A DNA stretch of 64,000 nucleotides, taken from contig NC_043021.1 of the NCBI RefSeq assembly GCF_006345805.1, positions 28,582,001-28,646,000 of the forward strand, read 5' to 3'. The stretch comes from Octopus sinensis. Its lineage: Eukaryota. The position numbers were made by a program, and so were the translations under genes. Within the stretch, counting starts at the first letter, position 1, and every line of letters begins with the position of its first letter. The notes beneath the pieces are model-generated. The model saw nothing but the letters and a program-made list of their open reading frames with translations. It did not search any database and was not told the origin of the DNA. Positions 27,538-42,621 of the stretch are shown piece by piece.

Positions 27538-29974
27538 TATACATGTGTATATGTATATATATATACCATATATATACACACACATGCATGCAACATGCAT
27601 ACATATACATGTAAGTGTCTGAGCGTGTATGTGTTTAGACATAAATACATTTACACAGGTAGGAAGGTTTTAGATGCCAAACAGCTGATCATAAGAAAAT
27701 AAATGCGCTTCCATCGATTTCCCAAATTCCCCATTAGCTTAGCTTGTGTTTTTCCCTGTTTCCCTCTCGCTCTCTATCTCAGCCTCTCTCACAGTATCTT
27801 TCAGTCTCTCCCTTTCTTTCTCTTTCCTACTCTCCTTTTCAGATCGCGCTGCCACAATAAAAAAAAAGAGAAAAAAAAAATGAAGAAAGAAACAGAAGCA
27901 GAAAGATGTCTCTAAAACTGTGAGATTCTCATGGGAAATGGTGTTCATTTTATTTTGGCAGTTTTAGTTTTTGTCCTTTGTTTAGACGGATTAAACAAAC
28001 ATTGAATCAGATTGAAGGAGAAGGTGAGGAGATGGAAGAAGCGGAGAAAGACAAGACAGTGAAGAAGGAAAGAGTGACGAGAGAAGACAGAATAACATAG
28101 GGAAGAGAGCGTCAAGTAAAGAAGTAGAGAGGCTGGAAGTTTTAAACGCTGTTCTATCTTGGCTATTGATCCTGTGTTTGGAAAAAGCAAATTATTGTTT
28201 TTACATGTGCTATTCTCACATGTATCATTTGAGGAAGAGACTAAACAGTAGTAGTAGTAGTAGTAGTAATGATGATGGTGATGATGATGATAATAATGAT
28301 ATTTTTACATTGCCAGCAGTGTACTAATGATACAAAAACGTGTTAAAAGGTTTTACAAAAACAAAAAAATGTCAGGTTATGCAAAATTACATATAGACTA
28401 GTGGAAGTGGTGGAAGGGACTGCAGAATATTCTGAAACAAATTTAAAATAAATAAAATATACTAGATAGTGAAATTAACAAAAATATATATAAATATACA
28501 ATTTAATTAGAACATATTGACTGAAAAAAACGACCAGCGGAGCTTCATCAAGACACCCTACTAACCTAATGCAGCAGACAAGCCTTATTTTGATTGTCCT
28601 TGGAATTTAGAGGATCAACTGGATAAGGCAACATGCTCGCAGAATCGTTAGATCTTCGAAGAAACTATTTACAAGCATTTTTTCTTTTTCGGCACTGTAG
28701 GTTCCGAGACTAGATTCTGCTGCGGCCGGCTCTGCCTTTCATCCTTTCGATAAAATAGGTATTAGTTGAGTACCGGGGTCAATTCAATCGACTTGCCCCC
28801 ACCCCAAATCGAAAATGCTGGTTTTGCCCGAGTTGGAAACTATTTAACATGAGATGTTTGACGTGTATTTGTTCTATTTAATTGAAAATGAGTTCCTGTT
28901 GGATTTTGCCTTTCTCTTTCTTTTCTTTTTCGTGGAATCTGTTGAAATAGTCCAAACAGTTCCCTCGACGTCCCTGAAAAGTTCGGTGTACTTCAGAGTT
29001 TATCAAAGGTTTATACGTTCAGCTGCCGGCTGCGTTGTCTGCTTGCTTCCTCCTGGTGTGCTTGCTCCTTTTTAACTCTTCGCTTGTTCTCAGAACATAT
29101 ATCCCTGGTGTCCATACATCATATATGATACATATTCCAAATTTTATCAATCATGAGACTAACATGGGACTTACGAAAGAAAGATTTATACTACTTAGAA
29201 CGTATGAAATGAGGGTTAAAACTCTGAAAACAAGCATGGACGTTTAAGACAAACATTCAAACATGCTTTGGACAGGTAAAAGTTTAAGACCCTTTTCCTC
29301 GTTTTACTCTTTCCATTATCATTGATAATTTTCTAACTCACATTTCTCAATGTCCACATAGTTTCAAGTCAGAGAGATTAAGGAATGTTATCAGCGGAGG
29401 GATTTCTGATCGTCCGATTCTGACGTTGAAGACAAAGCGAATGGTTTTGCCTACAAAGAGCGATGTTCATGTAACAGCTCTTTCTGAGTTCTGAAATTGT
29501 TGTTGTTGACACTTTTGTCCTCCTTTCTCTTTCTCTTATCTCCTGTCTTTCTACTTCCTGAATATCTTCAAAATGCCTCTCATTGTTAACTGGTATTTCT
29601 ACTCTGCACTACTTATTGTACTAGCTTTCTCTTTATAACCACGATGTACAACGACCTAAATTAAGCCCAGGTCTCCAGGAGATATTGAACTTCAGACCCC
29701 TTGCTAAGATACATACCATCTTTCGAACATTCATCACTCTTACTCACTCTTTGCACTCTAACTTTGCTCATATGATATCTCGAAGGTAAAAATACGGCAA
29801 GGATAAATTTCAGTGCAAATATCTTCATACGACATTTGTATCGCAGTATAATCAAAGGACACGTCCTGGACGTATCGGTTCTGTTTGCTTCCTTGACGCG
29901 TCTTCTCTCTTCAAAAACCTCTTATACCCAACCCTGGTTAACAGAAATTCCATTGTTCTGCTAATCGGTTAGGG

Positions 29975-30060
29975 CAGCGGTTCTCAACCTTTTCACTACA
30001 AAGGGCCCCTTTTATTTAAATAAGTTCTCCCACGGACCGGTGTTAATATGCTTACCATTA

Positions 30061-30110
<50 letters not shown>

Positions 30111-30188
30111 TTTTTATTTAGTTCGTCGACCCCAGTACAACCTTTACGGACCACCAAGGATTCGCGGACCACAGGTTGGGAACCACTT
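29975..30188. mobile_element. hAT (Charlie-like) MITE
   Basis: TIRs CAGCGGTTCTCAACCT / AGGTTGGGAACCACTT; 8 bp TSD GGTTAGGG / GATTAGGG. Confidence 0.8.
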
Positions 30189-30876
30189 GATTAGGGCTTT
30201 CTTTCAGCCCTAACGCGAGATATGTTAATTCTTGCCTTGACCTTTAAGAAAATTCGTCAAATCAGAATTCGAAAATTTTGCTATTCAGAACTTCCGGATT
30301 AGTTTTGTCAGAGAGCAGGTACATGTTTAACGCTTCTCTTCGACTATTCATAATATCACACTTGCTTTGATGATGGAAATTTTGGTTTCTGTCAACTTTT
30401 GTCGCAGCAAACTTATTAATTTGGAATTAAAAATACTTGAAATGTTCTATTTATTTTCGTTCTATCATTTACGATATCTTTTAAGAGTTGGGACGCATCA
30501 CGAGCAGAAGTAGTGGAGTGTCATAGGTATGCGTTGAAAGGGATCCTTTGGGTTTGAATAATACACCTCTGCAAACATGAATGTTTTGTTCATCATCCTT
30601 AAACAAACTTTATTCAGGGATCTTTTGAGCGGGATGGATAACTCGTCCTAAAAAAAATTCTAACTGGACCCCCACCTTCAAGGTCATGCGTTATTTATCT
30701 TGGTATAAGATACCATGTCGCCTACAAATGCTTCTGATGCATGTGTTTGGGGTATCCCTAACAGACAGGTGGTCGCGATGAGTACATTGAGCTATATTTG
30801 TACTCCAGCGTCACTTTGATGGCATGCACTGCTCTCTCACTCAATACTAATATCAATAATAATAATAATGATGATG

Positions 30877-30911
<35 letters not shown>

Positions 30912-31002
30912 CATAATAATAATAATGATAATAATAATAATAATATTAATAATAATAATAATAATAATGATGATGATGATGATAATAATAATAATAATAA
31001 TA

Positions 31003-31064
<62 letters not shown>

Positions 31065-31861
31065 GGTATCGTCACCCGCAGACTTTATGGTTTCGCTATT
31101 GAGATTGGTGCATGTACGAGCGTTGCATTAATTCAAATATCTGCTCTATTGCGAACAGCAACCAATGTAATAATTATTCTCGATATTTAAGAAAACCGGT
31201 TGTGACCCAGTATCAAGACGCAGTATGAAGTCTTATATTTGAACGGGAAGAGAACCTGTGAAACCTCTGACAAGTTACTGTCCACTCTCTCATATTCAAC
31301 GAGATCAAATCAGACCGAGAACTCTGAGAAATGAAATATAATTATAATAATCTCGTAAATAATCACAATGCAATCCTTTTTTCCGATTGGCGACTGAATT
31401 GGCCTAATTATAAAAGCAAGTATACTTGATGAACTGAAGATTATATGGACCCTATTGGAACTCGAAACGAGGGAGCAGGTGCGGAAAGCGGCATTCTATA
31501 AATGTAATTAAAATTCCATGCATTTCACTTAATTTGCTGCCTGCTTATAATGATTTAATTTGTTCTTTCACTGGGTTTAGTTATTGAAGTAAAGATATGC
31601 TAAGCTACCTCCGTAGAAGCCTCATTCAGTTCTTCTGTTCTTAATCCAGTTCTTCATAGACTGCATTAATTATTTCACTCTCGTGCTTGAAGGAGATCTA
31701 ATGATTGAAGAGTCGAGGTTCTTTTTGACAAAAATTGAAACTCCACACCCAATATAACACTCAGAAACATACACATACGCACATGTGTATGTGTATGAAT
31801 ATAAGTAATATATATCAATATATATATATATAATAATATATATATATATTATATATAATAT

Positions 31862-31903
<42 letters not shown>

Positions 31904-31936
31904 ATATATATATATTATAGATATATATATATAATA

Positions 31937-31980
<44 letters not shown>

Positions 31981-33650
31981 ATATATATATATATATATAT
32001 AATATATATATATATATGTGTGTGTGTGTAAATATATATATATTTATACACACACACATACTTACATACATATATACACGTTAATGTATGACTTGCTGTT
32101 CAAAGCAGTTTTTCATCCCCATGTTTGTATTCTATAATTTAAAGCCTTACCATTTGCATTGTGATCTTCTATTCCAAACAAGAATTTCTTCATGTTCTCT
32201 TGAAATTTTATATATTCTTAAGACCTGAAGTTAATACATGTATTATAACCTAATACATGTGTGTGCGTGTGTGCACGCGCGTATAGTACCTATAGATTTA
32301 TATAAGTATATATGTATGTATACTTGTGTATATACACATACATACATACATACATACATATACTCATACATATACGCATGCGCACACTCATGCACACACA
32401 TTGGTTACTGTGGAGCATTATATTTCGCTTGACGGCTTCTTCATCAACTATAAAAGTATTGTTCATTCTGATGTTTGTATACGAAAAAACACAAAGATGG
32501 AAAGCGTCGGAAATGGATGGGGTTGCGGTGGTGGTGAAATAACTATAATCATAATAAGATAAAATAAAAACTGTTAATAAAAGTAGGTTATCTACTTTTA
32601 AGAGTAGCAAACAACTGATTAATCAGTTTAAATGTCATATTGTAATTTTAAAAGGTGACAAGGTATAACAGCTAGGAGAAGAGAAAACGAATGAAAGAGA
32701 AAAAAGGAAACCGTATAAGGGGAACATATATAATATCCAGACCTGAAAGTCTGGCAAAACATTTCATTAAATGTCACAGTGTTATAATTCATTCGTTCTT
32801 TATAATTAACTAAAATCTGCTTGTTGCAATCGGCTCTGTTTTCTTTGAATTGTAAGCGTCTAGGGTCAACAATTCGAATATCATTTAGTAGTTTTGAGAT
32901 TAATTCTTTCACTTATATAACTCAATGAAATAAATTTCATAAATATGAGTTTTAGGAAGTGAGTAGGGTATAACTCCATCGATTGCTTTTGTTCATATCA
33001 AAGAAAAGGAAAGTTAAGACAAAGCTAGTTACTGATTTTTTTCTGTATAAGGATGTAAGTGGCATTTTGATATGCTTTATATTTTGGATTTCCAATATGA
33101 AAATGGCTTCGGCTGCCGTTCATTATTCGGAGTTGATAAAAGAAATCCCATTCTTTAGGATCATCAACTAAATTGATGCTAAACACCCAAAATATTTCTG
33201 GGCTTACGCAAATGATACACATTAATACACACGTATAACACAATACATACATACATTCATACATACATACATACATACATACATACATACATACATACAT
33301 ACATAAATACATACATACATATATATGTATATATACACATATTTATATATACATACTGGCAGGGATACACGGCGTTGCTTCGGATAAAAATGCCAGAGTT
33401 TTTTTAACTGTTTTAATTCTTTCGGCCATGTGACTGCGGCTATGCTGGAGCACCGCCTTTAGTCGAAGAAATCGACCACTAGTACTTATTCTATCGGTGT
33501 GTCTTGCCAAACGGCTAAGTTACGGGGGGGGGGCGTAAGCAGAGCAATATCAGTTGTCAAGTGATGGTGGAGACATACTCACGCACACACACATACAAAC
33601 ACAAACACACACACACACACATACAAACACACACACACACACAAACAACA

Positions 33651-33706
<56 letters not shown>

Positions 33707-33745
33707 AGCATATATATAAGAAATTAAAAAGGAAAATACACACAC

Positions 33746-34362
33746 TTACATAGTTTTAATATAATTTTTAATATGTCGACCGGATTCGCTATCGCTATTC
33801 ATGATATTATGTTTTACTTATTTGAATATGTATTTTTTCTTAAGAAGAAATTTTGTCCATGTTGTGCGTGATAATATTTACGAATGACTGACTCCACAAG
33901 TAGATAAATAAAGGAAAGTAATTGGTTATCATTATTATTGCTATTGTTGTGGGTATGGCAGATAACTGTTCAGCTTTCGGTAATGGGAGGGGAATATTTT
34001 GCGGAGATATTGTGTCTTTGCATTGGTAGAATGGGAAGACTGTGAAATTTGGTTTGATGTTTTCTGCACATTTTTCTATATGTTCACTGAGAGGAATTAG
34101 CCTGTATTGCGGGAAATGGATTTGCTCTTTATGTAGAGTGGTTCACTTTCTCAAGGTCATACTCGTTTGTCCAATATAGTTGTGCCCGCAGAGGTTCACA
34201 ATTAAAACTAGTTTCACTTGTGCCTCTGAAAACCTAATATATGTATTCACCTGCTCGGGTTTTCTTAAAAAAACATACATATTCAAATATGTAAAGCATA
34301 ATATCATGAATAGCGATAGCGAAACCGGTCGAGATATAAAAAATTATATCAAAACTATGTAA
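33746..34362. mobile_element. Rearranged PLE fragment: GIY-YIG piece with internal inversion, enclosed by ~100 bp inverted termini
   Basis: Plus 34195-34260 gives FTIKTSFTCASENLIYVFTCSG; minus 34189-33990 continues CGHNYIGQTSMTLRK*TTLHKEQIHFPQYRLIPLSEHIEKCAENIKPNFTVFPFYQC. Arms 33746-33846 / 34262-34362. Confidence 0.85.
34301..34335 (+). ncRNA. Minimal hammerhead-like motif, A3-U8 core variant
   Basis: ATATC-ATGAATA-GC(GATA)GC-GAAAC-CG-GTC-GAGAT: same architecture as 13424 (2 bp GC stem II, ACCGGT palindrome), GUC triplet, stem I 4/5 paired. The mirror copy at 33773-33807 keeps ATGAATA but has GAAT for GAAA. Confidence 0.65.
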
Positions 34363-34374
34363 ATGTATGTGTAT

Positions 34375-34441
<67 letters not shown>

Positions 34442-34478
34442 TATATATATATACATACATATATACATATATAAATAT

Positions 34479-34880
34479 GCGGAGGAGTGGCTGTGTGGTA
34501 AGTAGCTTGCTAACCAACCACAGGGTTCTGGGTTCAGTCCCACTGCGTGGCATCTTGGGCAATTGTCTTCTGCTATAGCCTCGGGCCGACTAATGCCTTG
34601 TGAGTGGATTTGGTAGACGGAAACTGAAAGAAGCCTGTCGTATATATGTATATATATGTATATGTATGTGTGTGTTTGTGTGTCTGTGTTTGTCCCCCTA
34701 GCATTGCTTGACAACCGATGCTGGTGCGTTTACGTCCCCGTCACTTAGCGGTACGGCAAAAGAGACCGATACAATAAGTACTGGGCTTACAAAGAATAAG
34801 ACCCGGGGTCGATTTGCTCGACTAAAGGCGGTGCTCCTGCATGGCTGCAGTCAAATGACTGAAACAAGTAAAAGAGTAAA
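34479..34880 (+). mobile_element. tRNA-derived SINE family A (CORE-like domain), near full length
   Basis: A box TGGCTGTGTGGTAAG, B box GGTTCAGTCCC, then GGCATCTTGGGCAA. Other copies at about 10350-10490, 16725-17110, 17320-17460, 33410-33570, 36975-37345, 38290-38410, 44690-45160 and 49230-49470. Confidence 0.85.
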
Positions 34881-34964
34881 GAGTATATACACACATGTAT
34901 ATATACATATACATACATATATATCCATATATATATATATATATATACATGCATATACATATTC

Positions 34965-34997
<33 letters not shown>

Positions 34998-35887
34998 CAT
35001 GTATATATACATGTATAAATTTATATATAAATATAGATATACACAATATATGTGTGTATATGTATATATATATATATATATATACTTATATATATGTGTG
35101 TATATATGTATGTATGCATGTATTTGACTTTTAATATTTTCAATATTAATAGTTTGACTATGTATATATTATATACACAGTGCATGTATTAATAGTGAAG
35201 CTATTAAAACTGAAATATCTCACGTTACAATATAAAGACACTTTTAACATGTAATACTGAAATAGCGTAAGCGACAATATATTGCTCTGGGCTTGCATTA
35301 GGAAAGAAGTTGAACATTTTTGTGGCCATGAAACTGCATGACACCCTACCACACTAAGTCAGGCATGTATAAAATTTGAATGAAATCGGTAGGGGGGTTC
35401 TCGAGTTTTAGTGTGTATGTATATGCGCAAATTTGTATGCTTTGTCTTATATATGTACTGTCATGAATGTTGCATATCTAGACATGTTTATATACATTTA
35501 AAAGATTAACTTGTGGAAAGTTTTACAAATTTTTACTGTTCCAGTTATGGAGTCGATCCGTAGTCTTGAGGAATAGATTTCCTTTTAGAAATATTGTTTC
35601 GAAAAGATTACTGTTTAATATTTTGCTTGTGCTTTTCTAACACACACATACACACACACATGCATATATATATATATATATAAAGATTTTTCAATATGAG
35701 GATTGCTATCCTTCTTATGCGATTCAGTATTATTATTATGTGTTTGAGAGTAAAATATTTCCATATCTGTATATTTCAATACATCTCAACTCTTTTTTAA
35801 AAATAAGCAAACTCTGTATATATATATATAGATCGTAATTTTATATATGTATATATATATATCCACACACAGACACACACACACACA

Positions 35888-35942
<55 letters not shown>

Positions 35943-36851
35943 ATATATATCTATCTATATACGTATATATATATTCGCATGAGCCACTCTTATATTCTTT
36001 GGACAGAGAAAGCCCCGAAATCCTTCGAAATCAAACGTGCTTTCCGACTTCTACGGTGACATTAACAAGACATATAACGTGCTTCACGTATAAATCTGCC
36101 TGATTTTATGGTAGAAAAATTGTACTTCTAGAGACTTTAATGCTCATCTTTATGTTTACTGTATGTTAATGCAAGATTTCTATTTCAATTGTCATTTTGT
36201 GACGCGTTTTTTCGTCTGTGCAGTTATTTCTGATTGTGAACGATTTTACTAGTAATCCGTCCATTATTAATGATCCATTTCGTGTTACATTCTCTATAGC
36301 ATCAACGTGTCATCCTCGAATGTTCTTTCTCTGTAGTTTCGTTTAATGTTACGACTCTTAATGCGTTTCATTTGTCCACTTTCGCGGTGAGCTGATTAAT
36401 GAATATTGTGTGCATATGTTTGTGTAGTATACATATAAATATATATGTGTGTGTATTTGTCTATCACCACCGCTTCCGAACCGGTGTTGGGTTGTTTACT
36501 TTCTGTTACTTAACGGTTCGCTAAACCAAGATTTATAGAATAAGTACTGGGGTCACTTTGTTCCACTAAGGCATTCAATATTGTGACTGAGTATGGCTGA
36601 CATCCAATGGTGGATATGAGTAACAATAGCGTTTACAGTGTCTCAAGCTATGGCAATACTCTAGCTTCTAATTTCATATGATGGCCGCAAGGGACCTTCG
36701 CTACGTTAATCAGTAATAAACTCTATGATGGTTAGTAATATGCATGTGTAGTAATTTCAATGGCAATTTTGAAATGCGTCCACAATGTCATATTGTATAA
36801 AGTGTCATTAGGATATATGTGGTGTGTATACATATGCATATAATATATATA

Positions 36852-36885
<34 letters not shown>

Positions 36886-36974
36886 TCTCTCTTCCCCCTC
36901 TCTTTAATTCTTTGCCTCTCTATTTCTCTTATAATTGTCTTGTCATTGAGGGGCTCTTATTCTCTTATTCTTAT

Positions 36975-37345
36975 TCTTTTGTTTCAGTCATTTGACTGCG
37001 GCCATGCTGGAGCACCGCATTTAGTCGAACAAATTGACCCCAGGACTTATTCTTTGTAAGCCTAGTTCTTATTCTATCGGTTTATTTTGCCGAACCGCTA
37101 AGTTACGGGGAAGTAAACAAACCAGCGTCGGGGACAAACACAGACACACAAACAGACACATATATACATATACGTATATACGACGGGCTTCTTTCAGTTT
37201 CCGTCCACCAAATCCACTCACAAGGCTCTGGTTGGGCCGAGGCTATAGTAGAAAACACTTGCCCAAGGTGCCACTCAGATGGGACTGAATCCAGAACCAT
37301 GTGGTTGGTAAGCAAGCTACTTACCACACAGTCACTCTTGCTCCT
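36975..37345 (-). mobile_element. tRNA-derived SINE family A copy
   Basis: Similar to the reverse complement of 34479-34880 along its length. Confidence 0.85.
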
Positions 37346-39072
37346 GGGCTATATATGTATATATTAATTACACTATTTAGACAGCATTTGCCATTTTTTT
37401 CAGACTGACAAACTCTAAAGAGTGTGGTTATTACATTATCGTCTGATTACCTAATACCTGTTTCCAAAGCGATGGACATATCAGCTGTAATGGATTTACA
37501 ATACTGTATACCGTGATTACTACACGCATGAAGGCACTCACACACCCTGTACACACACATATTTATTATAAATGAATTTTTATATAGAATCAAGGTGTTT
37601 ACTACATGAAATAATGAAATGATTGTAAAGATATCGGCTGTCTTAAAATTAACAGAAAATCCGCAAAATATCAAAATAACAAAATATCCAATCATTGATA
37701 TTTATTATATCGATGATTAAAGATAGGATATCATTTTACTATATTATTTACAATCGTTTCATCATTTTCCATTGTAACCAATCCTTCTTCCAGCAACTAC
37801 TGATTTATTTCCAAGTACAATATAGGATTTCTTTAATAGCCCATAACAGAGCTGATTCTTCAGAACTTTGTAAATAAGTAACATCCTTTTTTATTCTGCT
37901 GTCACGTTGATAAATGATTAATACTTTCCTATAATTCCAAATTATGCACGGTTAAGTAATCACATTTACGTAAGAAATAGAAAAGAATACAGACTAACAA
38001 ATGGATGAAGGAGGATTTAACGATATAATTCCGTACCATATTGACAATCGTGTTTGTCGTTAGTAAACAATATTCTGCAGCGCCACCTATTACAAATGAA
38101 TTGTAAAGATGCCCTGACTAGATAGTCTGATAGCTTGCTGTCCAAACTTTATACAGTACTTTATACAGTACACTTATATTTATTACACACACACGCAAAC
38201 ACACGCAAACACACACACACACACACGCGCGCGCGCGTGCGCGCGCACTTATATATCTTTGTAGGCATTCAAAGGTACCTATACACGCGAATAAATGTTC
38301 ACAGACGCGCGGCCTGAGGCTATAGTGGAATACACTTGCCCAAGGTGTTATGAAAAACGATTGCACCCGGAATTATGTGGTTGGGAAGCAAATATCTTAC
38401 CACAAATCTACTCATCTATACATACATACCTACATATACATAGACACACACACACGTGTGTGTGTGTGAAGTAAAAGAGATAAAAGACCATAGTGAAGTC
38501 GACGTGAGAAGTGGAAAATCTAACGTTTTGGACAGAGTCCTTCTTCAGGGAAAAATTGCCAGGAGGGATGTTAATGAGACGCAGTAAAGGTTTACATCCT
38601 GTTCACATCTATTTTACTCATTAATACATGTCTTGCCGACTCCGACTAACAACAGTCAATTTCGAATCGTATTGTATGAAGTAAAGAGTGTGCAATCATT
38701 TTATGCAGATGAAATATTTTATATAACAAATACATAAAGGTAGATATTTTGTTATTGCTTGGAGTTTTGTAAAGAATTGAAAGTATTCAGCCGAAGAGAG
38801 TCTGCCATTAAATAACGGAGTAGAGAAGAAAGTTTTGATTGGGTAACTGAAGGAAAGGTTGGTATAAACACGATGCAAATCTTGTTATTTTAAAGGCCAT
38901 GGATCCATTTCCTATCTCTCCTTAATTACTGAATGACTAAAAGTATTGGCAGGTTGTAAGCAGAGAATTAACAAATTTTAATTAAGGGATTTGATACTAT
39001 CGCATTATATAAGACAGTTTGAGTGATAGTACACACACATATGCATACATACATACATATATACATGCATAC

Positions 39073-39110
<38 letters not shown>

Positions 39111-39308
39111 ATGTATGTATATATATATGTATGTATATATATATAATGAGAGAGAGAGAGAGAGAGAGACATATGCATGCACATACATGCAAACATACTT
39201 GCTGGCACACACGTACAAACGCACGCACATAAGCGCGTACACACGCATGTGTATATGTATACATACATACATGTATATACATATATATATAATATATACA
39301 TTTACATA

Positions 39309-39356
<48 letters not shown>

Positions 39357-40334
39357 ATATATATATATTATATATATATATATATGTGCATACGTACATA
39401 ATGGTGTTTGCAGTGTCAGGCCTATGATATATTGACTACACGATAACAACTTTGATGAAGGTATAGAGAACAAAGAAAGAAAAGGACATATCTGTATCCA
39501 CCAAGCAAAGCTCTCCAACGGATTCTGGTTATTTTCGTCTGAAGTGATTTACATAAAATGGAACTAAATGATCTAAAAATATAACAATACAAAATATATC
39601 TAAAATTGAAGTATTTGTCAATTCGGATTAAGTATGTTCAAACGTGAAGGTCAACAAGCTACAGCGTTTTCAAATCAAGTTGCTTCTACTGATTTTGATG
39701 GAAATAATCATTATTATGGTGATGATGACGATGATGATGGTGATATAGATGACCTTAGGGATAAGAATGACAGAGATGTAAACTGACACACGTGATGTGG
39801 GCATGCGCGTACGTACACATTGAGGAACACTACCTTTACATTTTTTATCATCATCATTGCTATCACCGTCTAAAAACATCATCATTGCTGTCTCCATAAT
39901 AAATGTCTGTGTGCGTGTACTTAAGCACTTATGCATGTATACACTATGTACGAGACGGTACTGCTTATATACACAAACTTGTGTGGCTTACTTACGAGTA
40001 AGTGTGGGTCGATTAATTTAAAACTTACTCTCATAACCATGGTTACATAAACATACAGACATGCAAACATACTTATATACATATGCATACATATACATAA
40101 ATGCACATATGCACATACAAACATATGAATATAAATTATATATATATAAATATTATATATATACATATATAATACATGTACATACACAATATATATATAC
40201 ATACATAAATATATATATATATACATAGATATAGATATGCTATACATATATATATATATATACATATATTATATATATAAATATAAATATATATATAGAT
40301 ATGTATACATATATATATAGATATATATACATAC

Positions 40335-40375
<41 letters not shown>

Positions 40376-40595
40376 TATAGATGTGTATACATATATATAT
40401 ACATAGATATAGATACGTATACATAGATATATATATACATACATATATATAGATTACAACCGTACGAAACTAACAGCTTCATGTATTATATGTACACCTC
40501 TAAAAACTCTCTACAGTACGCCTCCTAAAAATCATTTGAAAGAAAATGATTACCTTCGCAAGTAGCAATGCGTTTGGAGAAAATCCTCTCAACTG

Positions 40596-40695
40596 NNNNN
40601 NNNNNNNNNNNNNNNNNNNNNNNNNNNNNNNNNNNNNNNNNNNNNNNNNNNNNNNNNNNNNNNNNNNNNNNNNNNNNNNNNNNNNNNNNNNNNNN
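40596..40695. other. Assembly gap (100 N)
   Basis: Run of N. Confidence 1.
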
Positions 40696-40719
40696 ATAGA
40701 TAGATAGTAGATAGATATG

Positions 40720-40941
40720 TTTCTTTATTAGCCACACAGGGCTGCACACAGATAGAACAAATTACAAGGTAGAAGCTTTTCTTTTGAAGGTTTAAAAAAA
40801 AAAAAAAAAAAGAAAAAATAGGAAGGGGGAGTTTGTGAGTTTCGATCAAAAGGGATCGTAAAAGGAGAGAAAGAGACAAAAAGGGGGGTTAAAAAAAGGG
40901 GGGAGAGGAAGAAAATAAGGGAAAAAAAAAAAAAAAAAAAA

Positions 40942-40942
<1 letters not shown>
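40720..40942 (-). mobile_element. 3' terminus of a Tx1/L1-like LINE in (ATAG)n
   Basis: gtttctttattagccacacagggctgcacacag end shared with 52204 and 53533; ATAG repeats on both sides. Confidence 0.8.
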
Positions 40943-40972
<30 letters not shown>

Positions 40973-41359
40973 TAGATACAGACACACATATCAGATTGAC
41001 GTAAATCAGAAAGACTGATATAATTTAATACAGAACTTTACTGTCAATTATGTGAGTTCAGTGACATTGTAAACGCATTCTTTCTTTGCAAGTTGATGGG
41101 CAGAAAAACAAGTTTCTCGACGGACTGTTCCGCCGTTCTTCAGATAACATATACTTGGCTGCTGTCTTCAATCAATGGCACATATCAGCTGCTGCAGGAA
41201 GCTATCAAAGAGTTGGCGCGCACTCTAATGGACAATGACATTTGCATATGAGCTTTTTGACAGCTCGTCATGTTTTTATACAAAATACTATAATACGGAC
41301 TGTTAATTCTACTGTTGTTGGCTATAATGAAGCATCTATAAACATTCCGTTTCGTGAAG

Positions 41360-41600
41360 ATGCGTGGTCTTGAGGCCAGGGTGTTTCACTCAGGATCGTG
41401 TGAGTGTGATTTCGATTCCCAGATAGAGTGCTCCGTTGTGTTTTCTTGAGCAAAACGTCTCATTTCACGTTGCACCGATACACACAACTGTAAATTACTA
41501 ATCCCGCGAGGGACTGGCATTCCTTTCAAAGTAATGTTGTGATTTCGTGTCACTTATATGCCATGTAAACTGGGTAACTATTTCTATTAGTCCTGGGACT
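41360..41600 (+). mobile_element. Degenerate tRNA-derived SINE family C
   Basis: gcgtggtcttgaggccagggtgtttcactcaggatcgtgtg...tttcgattccc. Related sequences at about 1270-1470(-) and 20030-20180. Confidence 0.55.
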
Positions 41601-42563
41601 CGAGTCACAATGTATACTATACTCCTTTTCAATGTACCTTTATCATTATATCAGCTAATAGAATCCGCTCCATTCAGCTGCCATCTTTCATCACACACAT
41701 TTTCAACAAGAACATGATAGGCTTTGCTGTTTCTGTTTCTATATTTGTGATAGCTAGTTATGTATTCGTAAAACAGGAATATAAAAATAAGAAAAAGTGG
41801 AAATTTTACCGGTGAGTGTGTTAACTTATAAGGCACAAAAAGAAAATGACTCTCCCCAGACACAACAGAATATGATTCAACACACGAACTCACATAAAGA
41901 ATCTTGCAAACCAAATCCAAAAACGAAATTAGAATATGATTCATGAGTAAAATCACAAATACTATTAAAATCCAACAGATTACCGTTCACTAAGTAATCT
42001 TATCATGAATCATGAATTAATGTATTTATGAATTTATCATATTGTCCTTTATTTATCATACACTCACACACACATACACCACACATACACACACACACAC
42101 ACACATACACACATATTCACAAGGAGGCACAAGAGCAAAACTATATGGGAATAGAAGTACTCGAATACTAAGGTTAGAATAATATTCTTTACCTGTGTAT
42201 ATATGTATGAATGCAGGAACATATATGCATATGTACACAACACAAACAGATGTATGTACACGCATAAATGTATATATATATATAGACATTTACACATTTG
42301 CATGTGCATATGAAATTTGGTTTAATATAACACGAACATATACGTTGAGTGAAAGCAGCAACTTCTCACAAGGATTAAATTCGCAAATAGCGGTCCGTTG
42401 TTAATTGACGAGAGTCTTGTCTAAGATAGTGTAGTGTTTTTAATGTGCTGAAAATTGTTGGTTTATTTTGACAGGAACACTTAGGTTCCGGAAAATTAAC
42501 ACAAGACTTCATTAAAGGAATCGTGCGTCTGCATAGATACGTGCACACACACTCACACACACA

Positions 42564-42621
<58 letters not shown>

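Noticed and set aside
28850-30420. Microsatellite-free stretch that could be a decayed LINE or exons
   Set aside because: No interpretable protein motif in the frames I read.
35521-35575. Possible hammerhead relic (CTCAAGA...AAAA...TA, minus strand)
   Set aside because: Several core mismatches and no clear stems. The 3'-half fragments at 45280-45290 and 45681-45695 are likewise too incomplete to call.
37458-37484. 27 nt ttacag|...|gtatta phase-1 micro-exon candidate (DMSIALET)
   Set aside because: The phase fits, but the donor is weak and there is no homology; a chance match is likely without RNA data.
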